Below, piece by piece: positions 1-10,798 of a DNA stretch of 64,000 nucleotides. A program made the translations under genes and the position numbers. This DNA is from an uncultured Prevotella sp. (lineage in GTDB: Bacteria > Bacteroidota > Bacteroidia > Bacteroidales > Bacteroidaceae), in assembly GCA_944319915.1 (NCBI GenBank), contig CALUEY010000035.1, forward strand, positions 1,163 through 65,162. Direction: 5' to 3'. Below the pieces are notes generated by a model. That model saw only the letters and a list, made by a program, of their open reading frames with translations, searched no databases and had not been told where the DNA came from. Each line of letters opens with the position of its first letter. Within the stretch, counting starts at the first letter, position 1.

Positions 1-2
1 TT

Positions 3-1295
3 GGAAATTATTATTATTACAAAGGCGACTACAGCAATGCCCTTGCTACGTTCAGGAAACTGAAAAGGCACCTCGAAACCCACAACGCCGAAGACACGTA
101 TGACATGTACCTCTGCCTCGTAAACATGGCCGACATTTTCCTCAACCTCGACCTGACCGACAGCGCACAGGCATACGTGGACAAGGCTGCAGGCTACTTT
201 GCCGCAAACGACATAAAGCCAGGCATATATTACGCCAACACCATAAGGATAGGCATAGCCGCCAAGCAAGGAAGGCATGGCGACATTGAACGCATACTGA
301 AGGAAGAACCAGCCTTTGAGGGCTACAACCAAAGCATAAGGAACATAAGGAGCAAGTACTTGCAGGAATATTACACTGCAACAGGAAACTATAAGAAAGC
401 CTACAGCGACTTGTTGCTCAACATTGCACAGAACGACAGCCTTGAACACAACCGCACTTACATGAAAGCCGCCGAGATAATGATGCGGTACACGGAAGAC
501 ACCCTGAAGCTGCACCACCTGCTCGAAATCAACGCCAAGAACGCCGAAGTAAGCAAGAGCAAGGCCACGCTATGGCTACTGATAAGCATAGCAGTGGCCT
601 TAGCCTCGATATTGGTGAGCGGCACCATTGCATTCCGCAAGCGCAAGGTTCAATTGAAGATGCAGGCCATGAAGCTCCGCCTCAACAACGCAAGGCAAAG
701 AATATCGCCCCACTTCGTGTTCAACGTGCTAAACACAAGGATAGGATCAGCCAGCATCGGGGAGACCGATGCGCTGCTAAGGTTGGCAAAGCTCATAAGG
801 TCTAGCCTCGACATGACCGGCAAGCCTTTCGTGACGCTGCGCGAAGAGCTTGACTTCATTACTGAATACATAAGCCTGGAGCGCGCCTTCATAGGCGATG
901 ACTTCGAGTTCCGGCTGACAGCACCCGACGAAAAAACGCAAGGTGAGGTGCGCCTGCCGGCCATGTTCATACAGATTCTCGTGGAAAACGCCATCAAGCA
1001 TGGACTGAAGTGCGTCGCCGGACACAAAAGGCTCGAAGTAAGCATTGCTTGCTCCGATGGCGGCATCAACATCGATGTTACCGACAACGGCCCCGGATTC
1101 GACATACGCCACCACGACTACGGACGCACAAAAAACGGGCTGAGCATCATAAGGCAAACCATATCCATAGTCAACCAAGAAAACAGAGGCGGCGAAAAAA
1201 TGCATTTCTGCATACAGAACATGGAGGATGCCAACGGCAACGTGTGCGGCTGCAAAGCGTCGCTAAAGATACCCCAAACCATAAAATTCATATAA
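3..1295 (+). CDS. LytS/YehU-family sensor histidine kinase, 5'-truncated by the window edge
   Basis: Frame open from position 3 (GNYYYYKGDY..., TPR-like); TM helix; H-box RISPHFVFNVLN; N-box ILVENAIKHG; G1 DNGPG; adjacent to LytTR regulator. Confidence 0.9.
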   Translation, partial: GNYYYYKGDYSNALATFRKLKRHLETHNAEDTYDMYLCLVNMADIFLNLDLTDSAQAYVDKAAGYFAANDIKPGIYYANTIRIGIAAKQGRHGDIERILKEEPAFEGYNQSIRNIRSKYLQEYYTATGNYKKAYSDLLLNIAQNDSLEHNRTYMKAAEIMMRYTEDTLKLHHLLEINAKNAEVSKSKATLWLLISIAVALASILVSGTIAFRKRKVQLKMQAMKLRLNNARQRISPHFVFNVLNTRIGSASIGETDALLRLAKLIRSSLDMTGKPFVTLREELDFITEYISLERAFIGDDFEFRLTAPDEKTQGEVRLPAMFIQILVENAIKHGLKCVAGHKRLEVSIACSDGGINIDVTDNGPGFDIRHHDYGRTKNGLSIIRQTISIVNQENRGGEKMHFCIQNMEDANGNVCGCKASLKIPQTIKFI

Positions 1296-1305
1296 CTATA
1301 TAACA

Positions 1306-2058
1306 ATGAAAACCATAATCATCGACGACAGCACGTCGGCCATAGAGGCACTGGCCGACAAGCTTGCCAAACATGAAGACATACAGCTCGTCGGCACAGC
1401 CAACAACGGTCGCATCGGGCTTAACCTCGCCAAGGAAGTAAACCCGGATGTGGTTTTCCTCGACATCGAACTGCCCGACATGTCGGGCGTCGAGTTCCTC
1501 GAGCAGATGGACAACATATTGCCCGAACAGTGCCACGTGGTCATGTACACCGGCCATCCGCAATATATGTTGCCCGCTTTCCGCAAAAACGCCTTCGACT
1601 ACTTACTCAAGCCTATCGACGACAACGAACTCGAACAAATCATCCATCGCATTCAGTCGGCAAGGCAAAGGCAGGCTGAACACGGCTTCTCCGATGGCAT
1701 AATTAGGCAGAAAAGCGACAACAAACTGCTCTTCTACACCAATTCCGTTGACTTCCGCCTCGTCCACATACGTGACATCGGCCTCTTTCAGTACAACCAC
1801 GAAATAAGGGTATGGGAGGTTGTGATAGCCGGGCGCAAAACGCCCATCAGGCTCAAGCGCAGCGTAAACAACGAAACCCTGCTCAGCATAGACGACAGGT
1901 TCATACAGGTGAGCCAGCGGTACGTGATAAACATCAATTACCTATTAGAGGTAAACGACAACAAATGCCAGTTTTACCCACCGTTCGACAAGATTGACTA
2001 CGTTAAGGTGGGGCGGCTTTTCCGCAAAAAGCTCATCGAGCGCTTCTGCTCGTTGTGA
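1306..2058 (+). CDS. LytTR-family response regulator
   Basis: Receiver motifs IIIDD, FLDIELPDMSG, YLLKP; C-terminal FIQVSQRYVININY is LytTR-like. Confidence 0.92.
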   Translation: MKTIIIDDSTSAIEALADKLAKHEDIQLVGTANNGRIGLNLAKEVNPDVVFLDIELPDMSGVEFLEQMDNILPEQCHVVMYTGHPQYMLPAFRKNAFDYLLKPIDDNELEQIIHRIQSARQRQAEHGFSDGIIRQKSDNKLLFYTNSVDFRLVHIRDIGLFQYNHEIRVWEVVIAGRKTPIRLKRSVNNETLLSIDDRFIQVSQRYVININYLLEVNDNKCQFYPPFDKIDYVKVGRLFRKKLIERFCSL

Positions 2059-2082
2059 CCCAGCCACAGAGCAAGGAAAAAG

Positions 2083-2123
2083 AAAGGCGGCACCTGAATC
2101 TCGTTGTTTCCGGTGCCGCCTTT
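2083..2123. terminator. Hairpin between convergent genes, probable terminator
   Basis: AAAGGCGGCACC / GGTGCCGCCTTT 12-bp inverted repeat with A/T flanks. Confidence 0.75.
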
Positions 2124-2144
2124 GCTGTCATGCCAAACGAAGCT

Positions 2145-3089
2145 TCACTCCGACTTGAACAAGTCCTTTATCCCGCCGATGCTTCCCATGAGGTTTGTTG
2201 CCTCATAAGGCAGGTAAACAGTTTTAGTTGTGTTGCCCTTTGCAATTTCCTCCAGCGTATGGATGTATTTCTGCGCAAGCAGATAGTTAGCTGGGTTGGT
2301 GCTCTTTCCCACGGCCTCGGTTATCTTCTGGATGGCAATGGCCTCAGCCTCGGCCTTGCGAATGCGGGCTTGGGCTTCTCCTTCTGCATAGAGTATGGCT
2401 TCCTGCTTGGCAGCCTCGGCACGGTTGATGGTGGCCATCTTCTCGCCTTCCGACTGCAGTATGTCGGAGGCTTTCTTGCCCTCGCTCGTCAATATAGTGG
2501 CGCGCTTGTTGCGCTCTGCCTGCATCTGCTTTTCCATGGCGGTGAGCACGCTTGCGGGCGGCGTTATGTCCTGCAGTTCAACGCGGTTCACCTTTATTCC
2601 CCATTTGTTGGTAGCATCGTCGAGCACGGCCCTGAGCTTTGTGTTGATTGTGTCACGGCTGGTCAGCGTCTGGTCCAGCTCAAGCTCTCCTATTATGTTA
2701 CGCAGCGTTGTCTGCGTAAGCTTCTCGATGGCGTTAGGCAGGTTGTTGATTTCGTAGACAGCCTTGAAAGGGTCTACAATCTGGAAATACAGCAGCGCAT
2801 TGATCTCAGTCTGCACATTATCCTTAGTGATAACGTTCTGCTTGGGGAAGTCGTACACCTGCTCCCTGAGGTCGATTGTCGATGAGTAAGAGTATCGGCC
2901 GCGCTGCATGACGACTATTTCCTTTGCCCGGTCGATGAAAGGGATGATGACGTTGATGCCCGGCTGCAAAGTGGCATAGTAGCGGCCGAGCCGCTCTATA
3001 ATCTTTGTCTCCGACTGCGGAATGATCACCAGTGCCATCTTGGCGAAGATAATGATGCATATTACGCACCCAATCAAAACGTAAATCAT
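2145..3089 (-). CDS. SPFH/band-7 (QmcA-like) membrane protein
   Basis: N-terminal TM; IERLGRY, QNVITKDNV, QMQAERNKRA motifs. Confidence 0.93.
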   Translation of the reverse strand: MIYVLIGCVICIIIFAKMALVIIPQSETKIIERLGRYYATLQPGINVIIPFIDRAKEIVVMQRGRYSYSSTIDLREQVYDFPKQNVITKDNVQTEINALLYFQIVDPFKAVYEINNLPNAIEKLTQTTLRNIIGELELDQTLTSRDTINTKLRAVLDDATNKWGIKVNRVELQDITPPASVLTAMEKQMQAERNKRATILTSEGKKASDILQSEGEKMATINRAEAAKQEAILYAEGEAQARIRKAEAEAIAIQKITEAVGKSTNPANYLLAQKYIHTLEEIAKGNTTKTVYLPYEATNLMGSIGGIKDLFKSE

Positions 3090-3097
3090 AAGCTAAA

Positions 3098-3547
3098 CTA
3101 TTTGGTTTTGGTTACTTTCACAATCACGCTGTCGCGCCCAACGATTTCAACGGGCGTCCCGGCAGGAAGCTCCTCGCTCTCTACGGCGCAAGCCTTCCAA
3201 TCGTCACCATCGATAGACACGCGCCCGTAGCCCCCAGCCTTAATGGCTTCGCTAACAATGCCCTTACGACCCAATATGGCATCGGCATTGCTCACTCGGC
3301 CCGTTCCATGCTTATGGATGCATCGCAAGGCAAAAGGCCTCACGCAGGATACGCTCAGGGCAGTGAACACTATAAACACTATGAGCTGCACATATATGCC
3401 GGAAAAGGCGGATGCCACCGCCGCACAAGCTGCCCCGATGGCAAAGCAAAGCACGACAAAGCCACCAGTGCACAACTCAACCACAAGCAGCAAGACAGCC
3501 GTAGCCAACCACGCCGCCCACAGGTTTGCAAAGAAATACTCAATCAT
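3098..3547 (-). CDS. NfeD-like (YbbJ) partner of SPFH protein
   Basis: Hydrophobic N-half, C-terminal OB-fold GRVSIDGDDWKA; canonical NfeD-SPFH gene pair. Confidence 0.9.
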   Translation of the reverse strand: MIEYFFANLWAAWLATAVLLLVVELCTGGFVVLCFAIGAACAAVASAFSGIYVQLIVFIVFTALSVSCVRPFALRCIHKHGTGRVSNADAILGRKGIVSEAIKAGGYGRVSIDGDDWKACAVESEELPAGTPVEIVGRDSVIVKVTKTK

Positions 3548-3581
3548 AAGCCATAAAGTAATAACATTAGCAATTTGTTGG

Positions 3582-3613
3582 CAAAGTTAACAAAACTTTC
3601 CCAAACTGCCAAA
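3582..3613 (-). promoter_or_regulatory. Bacteroidota sigma-A promoter of nfeD-SPFH
   Basis: TTTG-N20-TAACTTTG on minus strand. Confidence 0.75.
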
Positions 3614-3651
3614 CCATACATTTACTTTATTGGCACGTCAGCAAAATAAAG

Positions 3652-3693
3652 CCTCCATGGTGCGCCGAAACTCCGCCTGGCGCGCCATGGAGG
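3652..3693 (-). terminator. Probable terminator of truA-EamA
   Basis: CCTCCATGGTGCGCC / GGCGCGCCATGGAGG stem followed by T-rich run on minus strand. Confidence 0.7.
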
Positions 3694-3724
3694 AAAAGGC
3701 CTTGGCAGTAAAGCCACAGCTACG

Positions 3725-4642
3725 TCAGCGCGATCCAATATAAAGAAACACCATGCCGAGCAGCACAAGGGCAAGGTCGACGGCCTTGGCCTTAAGGTTC
3801 TTCTCATGGAAAGCCACCGCCCCGAACAAGAAGCTCACCACCACGCTGCCGCGGCGCACCATAGAGACTATGCTTATCATGGCCCCTGGGATGGTCAAAG
3901 CGTAGAAGTAAACGAAGTCGGCGGCACTGAGGAACACGCTCACACACACAATGCTCCAATGCCAGTGGAACGGCGTGGTATGCTGGCGCTTAGGCCACCA
4001 CAGCAGCAAGAGCATGGCCCCCATCATGAAGAACTGGTAAATGTTGTACCATCCCTGCACTATCATCTGGTTAAGCCCCACCCCGCCCTCGTTCACAGGG
4101 GCCATCAGAAACTTGTCGTAAAGCCCACTGACAGCTCCGAGCGCCGCAGCCGCCACTATCATCCATATCCAACTGTTTGTCCTGAAGTCAATGCCCTCTT
4201 TTTTCCCGCTCCTGCTTAGCATGAAGAAAGAGGCCACAGCCAGCACCACTCCGGCCCACTGCCAAAGGTTAAGGCGCTCGCCAAAGAAGAGAAACGCGCC
4301 CACAAGCACCATGACGGGGCGCGTGGCATTGATAGGCCCCACTATCGTCAGGGGCAGGTTTTTCATGCCAAAATAGCCGAACACCCAGCTGCTGAGCACA
4401 ATGGCACTCTTCAGCAGTATGTACTTGTGGACATCCCAGCCCGCCACAGGCACATGGAGCATTGTGCCATCGAGCAATGAGGTATGGGCGCTGAGCAATA
4501 TCAGCGGCAAGAAAATGACCGAACAGAAAAGCGTGTTGAGAAACAACACCGGCAAGACCGCATTGTCAGAAAGAGCCTCCTTCTTGAAAGCGTCATAAAA
4601 GCCAAGCAGTGTAGCCGACAGAAATGCTAATACTAACCACAT
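3725..4642 (-). CDS. EamA/DMT-family transporter
   Basis: About 10 TM helices; FFGERL and AFHEK repeat ends. Confidence 0.85.
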   Translation of the reverse strand: MWLVLAFLSATLLGFYDAFKKEALSDNAVLPVLFLNTLFCSVIFLPLILLSAHTSLLDGTMLHVPVAGWDVHKYILLKSAIVLSSWVFGYFGMKNLPLTIVGPINATRPVMVLVGAFLFFGERLNLWQWAGVVLAVASFFMLSRSGKKEGIDFRTNSWIWMIVAAAALGAVSGLYDKFLMAPVNEGGVGLNQMIVQGWYNIYQFFMMGAMLLLLWWPKRQHTTPFHWHWSIVCVSVFLSAADFVYFYALTIPGAMISIVSMVRRGSVVVSFLFGAVAFHEKNLKAKAVDLALVLLGMVFLYIGSR

Positions 4643-4650
4643 GGAAAAAC

Positions 4651-5379
4651 TTAATATTTAATGTCTTCGAGAAACAACGCATGGCCCGGCATCGACTCTC
4701 CGGCCGCTGCGCGCGCGCCTCCCTCTATTACTTTCCTGAATCCATCTACTGTCATGCGGTGGCGGCCCACCTCCACCAAAGTCCCCACCACTGCCCTAAC
4801 CATATTGCGAAGGAAACGGTTGGCGCTAATCTCAAAATACCATGCCGATGGCGACAGCCGATGCCATGCAGCCGACTTAACCATGCAGAGCGTGGTCTTG
4901 ACATCAGAGTTGCTTTTGCAGAAAGCCCCGAAGTCACGATACTCAAGCAGCAAGGCGGCTGCCTCGTTCATCAACTCGAAGTCAAGATCGTAATGAAGCG
5001 CGCAGGAATATGCCCGCACAAAAGGATCCTTTTGAAGGTGAACATAGTAATGGTATGTGCGAAGCGTGGCGCTGAAGCGGGCGTGCATATCGTCGGCCAC
5101 AGGCTCCACGCGGCTCACAGAGATGTCGCACGGCAGAAAGCGGTTGAGCTTATATGCCAGATTATGGCAATCAAGGGCAGCATTGAAGTCGAAATGAGCC
5201 ACCATCTTGCGGGCATGCACACCCGCATCGGTACGGCCAGCCCCCACAACGGCCACAGGCTCACGCAGAAGCACAGTGAGGGCCTTCTCCATTTCGGCCT
5301 GCACGGAGTTTCCGTTTGGCTGCACTTGCCAGCCATGATAACGTGTGCCGTCATAACTTAAAGTAATGAAATAGCGCAT
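4651..5379 (-). CDS. truA: tRNA pseudouridine(38-40) synthase
   Basis: YDGTRYHGWQ, GAGRTDAGVHA, FLRNMVR; start placed at MRYF (5379), downstream of TACCTTTG at 5400-5407. Confidence 0.96.
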   Translation of the reverse strand: MRYFITLSYDGTRYHGWQVQPNGNSVQAEMEKALTVLLREPVAVVGAGRTDAGVHARKMVAHFDFNAALDCHNLAYKLNRFLPCDISVSRVEPVADDMHARFSATLRTYHYYVHLQKDPFVRAYSCALHYDLDFELMNEAAALLLEYRDFGAFCKSNSDVKTTLCMVKSAAWHRLSPSAWYFEISANRFLRNMVRAVVGTLVEVGRHRMTVDGFRKVIEGGARAAAGESMPGHALFLEDIKY

Positions 5380-5613
5380 TGCAAACTTAAATTTGGGTGC
5401 AAAGGTAGCAAAAAGGATGGCATCACAATAAGGTTTAGGGATTAAAAGTTTGCCAAAGCTCATTGCCACTTGCCTACGCCTGCTAACACACAGAACAAGC
5501 CTCACCAGCCATAACGCTGAGTATCCATGCATAATAATATTGTAATGACACTGGCTTGAACACTCTCAAAACCAGAAAAAACAGAAAAAACACAGAAGAA
5601 AATCGCAAAAAAG

Positions 5614-5645
5614 TTTGGAGGAAACAAAAAAAGTGCGTACCTTTG
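5614..5645 (+). promoter_or_regulatory. Promoter of tRNA-Lys pair
   Basis: TTTG-N20-TACCTTTG, preceded by repeated A-tracts (5567-5612). Confidence 0.8.
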
Positions 5646-5666
5646 CACCCGCAAAACAACAAGGAT

Positions 5667-5739
5667 GCGCTTGTAGCTCAGTTGGTAGAGCACCTGACTC
5701 TTAATCAGGGTGTCCAGGGTTCGACCCCCTGCAGGCGTA
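5667..5739 (+). tRNA. tRNA-Lys(CTT)
   Basis: Cloverleaf; anticodon arm CCTGA-CT-CTT-AA-TCAGG; T-loop GTTCGAC; CCA not encoded. Confidence 0.96.
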
Positions 5740-5766
5740 CAAAGAAAAAAGGAGGACAACAAGGAT

Positions 5767-5839
5767 GCGCTTGTAGCTCAGTTGGTAGAGCACCTGACTC
5801 TTAATCAGGGTGTCCAGGGTTCGACCCCCTGCAGGCGTA
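5767..5839 (+). tRNA. tRNA-Lys(CTT), identical second copy
   Basis: Exact copy 100 bp downstream of the first. Confidence 0.96.
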
Positions 5840-5845
5840 CAGAGA

Positions 5846-5885
5846 GCAAGGGAAGTAACTGCAATGCGGTTGCTTCCCTGCTTTT
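5846..5885 (+). terminator. Intrinsic terminator after tRNAs
   Basis: GGGAAGTAACTGC / GCGGTTGCTTCCC stem followed by GCTTTT. Confidence 0.75.
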
Positions 5886-5976
5886 ATATATGTTTATGAC
5901 ATTTTCCGCATTGCCTACTTTCACAATTCAATTTTAATGCTTAACTTTGCAACCCGAAAAAAACATTACGATTCAG

Positions 5977-8427
5977 ATGGACAACAAACAAAACAAGTCT
6001 TTCTCGATGATAGCCGACATTGAGGGCGATTACAGCGAGCTTTCCAAGTCGTCTGAAATGCCGACGTCGCTGCCAATACTCGCGGTAAGGAACCTCGTGC
6101 TCTTTCCAGGCGTGGTTTCGCCGATACTCATTGGCCGCGAATCGAGCATGAGCCTTGTGAAGAGAGCCGAAAAAAACAGCATAACCATTGGCATAGTGTG
6201 CCAGCGCGACCCCGAAATTGACGAGCCGGGGCGCAACGACCTCTACGAATATGGCGTATACGCCCGCGTAGTGAAAATATTGACGCTGCCCAACGGCAAC
6301 ATCACCGCAATAGTGCAAGGTTTCGGGAGGCTTCGCCTGGCAGAGATAACCCGCAAGAAGCCGTATCTCTACGGCAAGGTGGAACAGGCCCCCGAAGTGG
6401 TGCCGGCAAGCGACGAGAGCGAGTTTGTGGCCGCCATGGAAGACTTGCGCCAGATGACCAACGAATACATCAAGCTTAACGATGACATACCCGAAGAGGC
6501 CACGTTCGCAATAAAGAACGTGAGCAACAACGTCATGGCCCTCAACTTCATCTGCTCAAACATGGCCTTCACCATAAAGGAAAAGATGGACTTGCTGCAA
6601 AAGGACTCCATAAAGGAAAGGCTCTTCGGCACGATGCGCATCATAAATAGGGAACTGTCGCTCCTGAGCCTCAAACAGGACATACGCAACAAGACCCGCG
6701 ATGACATCGACGAGCAACAACGCAACTACTTCCTGCAACAGCAGATAAAGAACCTCCAGGCCGAAATGAGCAATGGGGAAAGCTCACCCGAGAAGCAAGA
6801 ACTGCTTGAAAAGGCCGAGGGCAAGAAGTGGCCACAGGATGTGGCAAAGACATTCAGCAAGGAGGTGGACAAGCTCGACCAGCTGAGCCAGCAAAGCCCG
6901 GAATACAATGTGCAGCTCACTTACCTGCAGACGCTCGTGTCGCTGCCTTGGGGCGAATACACAAAGGACGACCTCAACCTAAACCGCGCCCAGAAAATGC
7001 TCGACAAAGACCACTACGGCATGGAGAAGGTGAAGGAAAGGATACTGGAATACATAGCCGTGCTGAGCCTTAGGGGCGACCTCAAGTCGCCCATACTCTG
7101 CCTCTACGGCCCGCCGGGCGTAGGCAAGACGAGCCTTGGCAAAAGCATCGCCGCGGCCATGAACAGGAAATATGTGCGCATATCGCTTGGCGGACTGCAC
7201 GATGAAGCCGAAATCAGGGGCCACCGCCGCACATATATCGGGGCCATGCCCGGGCGCATAATCAAGAGCATACAAAAGGCCGGCGCGTCAAACCCGGTGT
7301 TCGTGCTCGACGAAATAGACAAGGTGACGCAGAACACCGTGAACGGCGACCCTGCTTCGGCACTGCTCGAAGTTCTCGACCCCGAGCAGAACTCGGCCTT
7401 CCATGACAACTATCTCGACGTGGACTATGACTTATCGAAAGTACTGTTCATTGCCACAGCCAACGACCTCAACACCATCCCGCGGCCTCTGCTTGACAGA
7501 ATGGAGGTAATTGAGGTGAGCGGATACATCACCGAAGAGAAAATAGAGATAGCACGCCGCCACCTAATACCCAAGGAAAAGGAGAACACCGGCCTTGACA
7601 AGGAAAAGAAGCTGACGTTCAACAAGCCCGCCATTGAGAAAATAATAGAGCAATATACACGCGAGAGCGGCGTGAGGCAGCTTGAGAAGCAGGTGAACAA
7701 GGCCCTGCGCAAGCTGGCTTTCATGAAAGCCAAGGAGCAAGAACTGCCATACAGCAAAATAACTCCCGACGAGATAGAAAGCCTGCTCGGCAAGCCACCA
7801 TTCTACCGCGACATATACCAGGGCAACGACTATGCAGGCGTGGTGACCGGGCTCGCATGGACAAGCGTGGGCGGAGAGATACTTTTCATTGAGACCAGCC
7901 TCAGCAAGGGCAAGGGCTCTAAGCTAACGCTTACCGGCAATCTGGGCGACGTGATGAAAGAGTCGGCTATACTGGCGCTTGAATACGTTAAGGCGCACGC
8001 CGACATGCTCAACATCGACTACCGCATCTTTGACCACTGGAACATCCATATCCATGTGCCAGAAGGTGCCACGCCAAAGGATGGACCTTCGGCCGGCATA
8101 ACCATCGCCACGTCAATAGCTTCGGCACTGACACAGCGGAAAGTGCGCAAGAACACGGCCATGACCGGCGAGATAACGCTCCGCGGAAAGGTGCTGCCCG
8201 TGGGCGGCATAAAGGAAAAGATACTTGCCGCAAAGCGCGCAGGCATCACCGATATCGTGATGTGCAAGGACAACAAGAAAGACATAGACGAAATTCCCGA
8301 CATTTACCTCAGGGGCGTTAGCTTCCATTACGTGGAGAACGTGCAGGATGTATGGAACTTTGCACTGACCGATGAGTTGGTGGACAACCCCCTGAAGTTT
8401 GAAATAGAAGAAGAGAAGAAAGAATGA
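5977..8427 (+). CDS. lon: ATP-dependent protease La
   Basis: [27 protein letters not shown]; TAACTTTG box at 5942-5949 supports ATG 5977. Confidence 0.97.
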   Translation: MDNKQNKSFSMIADIEGDYSELSKSSEMPTSLPILAVRNLVLFPGVVSPILIGRESSMSLVKRAEKNSITIGIVCQRDPEIDEPGRNDLYEYGVYARVVKILTLPNGNITAIVQGFGRLRLAEITRKKPYLYGKVEQAPEVVPASDESEFVAAMEDLRQMTNEYIKLNDDIPEEATFAIKNVSNNVMALNFICSNMAFTIKEKMDLLQKDSIKERLFGTMRIINRELSLLSLKQDIRNKTRDDIDEQQRNYFLQQQIKNLQAEMSNGESSPEKQELLEKAEGKKWPQDVAKTFSKEVDKLDQLSQQSPEYNVQLTYLQTLVSLPWGEYTKDDLNLNRAQKMLDKDHYGMEKVKERILEYIAVLSLRGDLKSPILCLYGPPGVGKTSLGKSIAAAMNRKYVRISLGGLHDEAEIRGHRRTYIGAMPGRIIKSIQKAGASNPVFVLDEIDKVTQNTVNGDPASALLEVLDPEQNSAFHDNYLDVDYDLSKVLFIATANDLNTIPRPLLDRMEVIEVSGYITEEKIEIARRHLIPKEKENTGLDKEKKLTFNKPAIEKIIEQYTRESGVRQLEKQVNKALRKLAFMKAKEQELPYSKITPDEIESLLGKPPFYRDIYQGNDYAGVVTGLAWTSVGGEILFIETSLSKGKGSKLTLTGNLGDVMKESAILALEYVKAHADMLNIDYRIFDHWNIHIHVPEGATPKDGPSAGITIATSIASALTQRKVRKNTAMTGEITLRGKVLPVGGIKEKILAAKRAGITDIVMCKDNKKDIDEIPDIYLRGVSFHYVENVQDVWNFALTDELVDNPLKFEIEEEKKE

Positions 8428-9551
8428 CGTTCGAACTGACACACACTGACCCACATTCCGAGGCACGGGCCGGGGTGATAAGTACTGCCCACGGACAAAT
8501 ATCCACACCCATATTCATGCCCGTAGGAACGTGCGGAAGCGTCAAGGGGGTGCATTTCTCAGAACTCAAGGAGCAGGTTAAAGCCCAAATAATCTTGGGA
8601 AACACATACCACTTGTACCTGCGCCCGGGCCTCGACACCCTGCGGGCAGCTGGCGGACTCCACCGCTTCGGAGGATGGGATCGCCCAATACTAACCGACT
8701 CGGGTGGGTTTCAGGTGTTCTCGCTCACCGGCATAAGGAAACTGAAAGAGGAAGGCTGCGAGTTCAGGTCACACATCGATGGGTCAAAGCACATCTTCAC
8801 GCCGGAGAACGTGATAGACACCGAGCGAATCATCGGGGCCGACATCATGATGGCTTTCGATGAATGCCCGCCTGGCCAAAGCGACTACTCATACGCCAAG
8901 AAAAGCCTGGCCATGACCCAGCGGTGGCTTGACCGCTGCATCAAGAGGTTCAACGAGACGACGCCGCTGTATGGCTATGAGCAAACCCTTTTCCCCATAG
9001 TGCAGGGCTGCACATACAAGGACTTGCGCTCTGACGCCGCAAAGTTCGTGGCCGACAAGGGAGCCGACGGCAACGCCATCGGCGGCCTTGCCGTCGGCGA
9101 GCCTACTGAAGTGATGTATGAAATGATAGAAGTGGTGAACGCCATCCTGCCCAAGGACAAGCCACGCTACCTCATGGGGGTGGGTACTCCCCAGAACATA
9201 CTTGAGGCGATAGAGCGCGGAGTGGACATGTTCGACTGCGTTATGCCAACGCGCAACGGGCGCAACGCTATGCTCTTTACATACAACGGCACGATGAACA
9301 TGAGGAACAAGAAGTGGGAAAAAGACTTCTCGCCCATCGACCCTGACGGCTGCGACGTGGACAAAGCCTACACAAAGGCTTACCTCCACCATCTCTTCAA
9401 GGCCGGCGAACTGCTTGCAATGCAGATAGCCAGCATCCACAACCTTGCCTTTTACCTGCGTCTGGTAGGAGATGCACGCCGCCACATCATCGCTGGCGAC
9501 TACGTGGCGTGGAAGAAGAGCGTAGTCGGCAACCTCGGGCAAAGGATATAA
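8424..9551 (+). CDS. tgt: tRNA-guanine transglycosylase
   Basis: TPIFMPVGT, LTDSGGFQVFSL, DMFDCVMPTRNGR. Confidence 0.97.
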   Translation: MTFELTHTDPHSEARAGVISTAHGQISTPIFMPVGTCGSVKGVHFSELKEQVKAQIILGNTYHLYLRPGLDTLRAAGGLHRFGGWDRPILTDSGGFQVFSLTGIRKLKEEGCEFRSHIDGSKHIFTPENVIDTERIIGADIMMAFDECPPGQSDYSYAKKSLAMTQRWLDRCIKRFNETTPLYGYEQTLFPIVQGCTYKDLRSDAAKFVADKGADGNAIGGLAVGEPTEVMYEMIEVVNAILPKDKPRYLMGVGTPQNILEAIERGVDMFDCVMPTRNGRNAMLFTYNGTMNMRNKKWEKDFSPIDPDGCDVDKAYTKAYLHHLFKAGELLAMQIASIHNLAFYLRLVGDARRHIIAGDYVAWKKSVVGNLGQRI

Positions 9552-9577
9552 AACCAACGGAAGACAACCGGCAGAAC

Positions 9578-10798
9578 ATGAAATACAGCGTCATAAGGAA
9601 ACGGCACAGGGCCTTGAAACGACTTCGGTCGATAAGGCGCCGGACGGCATGGACATCACGCTTCATGCGCGCCACGGCCGCAATCCTTGGCAAGGCAAAT
9701 CCTCTTAGGTATATCAAGAAGATAGATGGATACATCATAAAGAAGTTCATCGGCACATACATATATTCAATTGCGCTGATAATATCCATCTCCATCGTCT
9801 TCGACATCAACGAGAACCTTGCAAAGTTCAGCACCAACAACGCTCCCCTAAGGGCAATAGTGTTTGACTACTACGCCAACTTTGTACCTTATTTCGCCAA
9901 CCTGTTCAGCCCACTGTTCGTCTTCATTGCCGTGATTTTCTTCACGTCAAAGCTGGCCGGGAACTCTGAGATAATAGCCATGATGGCCTGCGGCATGAGC
10001 TTCAAGAGGTTGCTAAGGCCTTATATGATATCTGCCGCGCTCATCTCCGCACTCAACTTCTACCTCGGCTCCTACGTCATCCCCAAAGGAACTGTCATCC
10101 GCCATAACTTTGAGTCGCTTTACACGAAAAACAAGAAGAACACTTCGGCGAGCAACGTACAGCTGCAGGTTGGGCCAGGTGTCATCGCATACATAGCCCA
10201 ATATGACAACGTACACAAGACGGGCTATGGCTTTTCGCTCGACAAGTTTGAAAACAAGAAGCTTGTAAGCCACATGACTGCAAACATCATACAGTATGAC
10301 ACGATTTCTGACAGCCGCTATCACTGGAAAGCCATCAACTACAAGATACGCACACTCAAGGGGATGCGGGAGCACATAAAGACCGGCATGGAGACTGATA
10401 CAACTATCATGATGGAGCCTACGGACTTGGTGTTCAGCAAAGGGCAGCAGGAAACATTCACCAGCCCGGAGCTGAAGCGGTACATATCCAAGCAGAAAAA
10501 CCGCGGCTCAAGCAACGTGGTGCAATACGAGGTGGAATACCACAAGCGCATCGCCACTTGCTTCGCATCGTTCATACTGACCATCATCGGGGCCAGCTTG
10601 AGTGCCCGAAAGCGGAAAGGCGGTATGGGGCTATACCTCGGCATCGGCCTTGCACTTAGCTTTTCGTACATCCTCCTGCAAACCATAAGCTCCACGTTTG
10701 CCATTAATGCCAATACCCCACCGATGCTGGCTGCGTGGATACCAAACTTACTTTATTTCGTAATTGCATATTTCTGTTATAAAAAAGCACCAAACTAA
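9578..10798 (+). CDS. LptF/LptG-family LPS export permease (start uncertain)
   Basis: IDGYIIKKF, SEIIAMMACGMSFKRL, AAWIPN; 3+3 TM layout. Confidence 0.88.
   Translation: MKYSVIRKRHRALKRLRSIRRRTAWTSRFMRATAAILGKANPLRYIKKIDGYIIKKFIGTYIYSIALIISISIVFDINENLAKFSTNNAPLRAIVFDYYANFVPYFANLFSPLFVFIAVIFFTSKLAGNSEIIAMMACGMSFKRLLRPYMISAALISALNFYLGSYVIPKGTVIRHNFESLYTKNKKNTSASNVQLQVGPGVIAYIAQYDNVHKTGYGFSLDKFENKKLVSHMTANIIQYDTISDSRYHWKAINYKIRTLKGMREHIKTGMETDTTIMMEPTDLVFSKGQQETFTSPELKRYISKQKNRGSSNVVQYEVEYHKRIATCFASFILTIIGASLSARKRKGGMGLYLGIGLALSFSYILLQTISSTFAINANTPPMLAAWIPNLLYFVIAYFCYKKAPN

Noticed and set aside
5509-5535. CTGA-N3-TCCA resembling the 27-bp dyad
   Set aside because: Weak match with no adjacent array.
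5667-5839. tRNA pair as attL/attR of an island
   Set aside because: Both copies are complete, 27 bp apart, with no integrase nearby.
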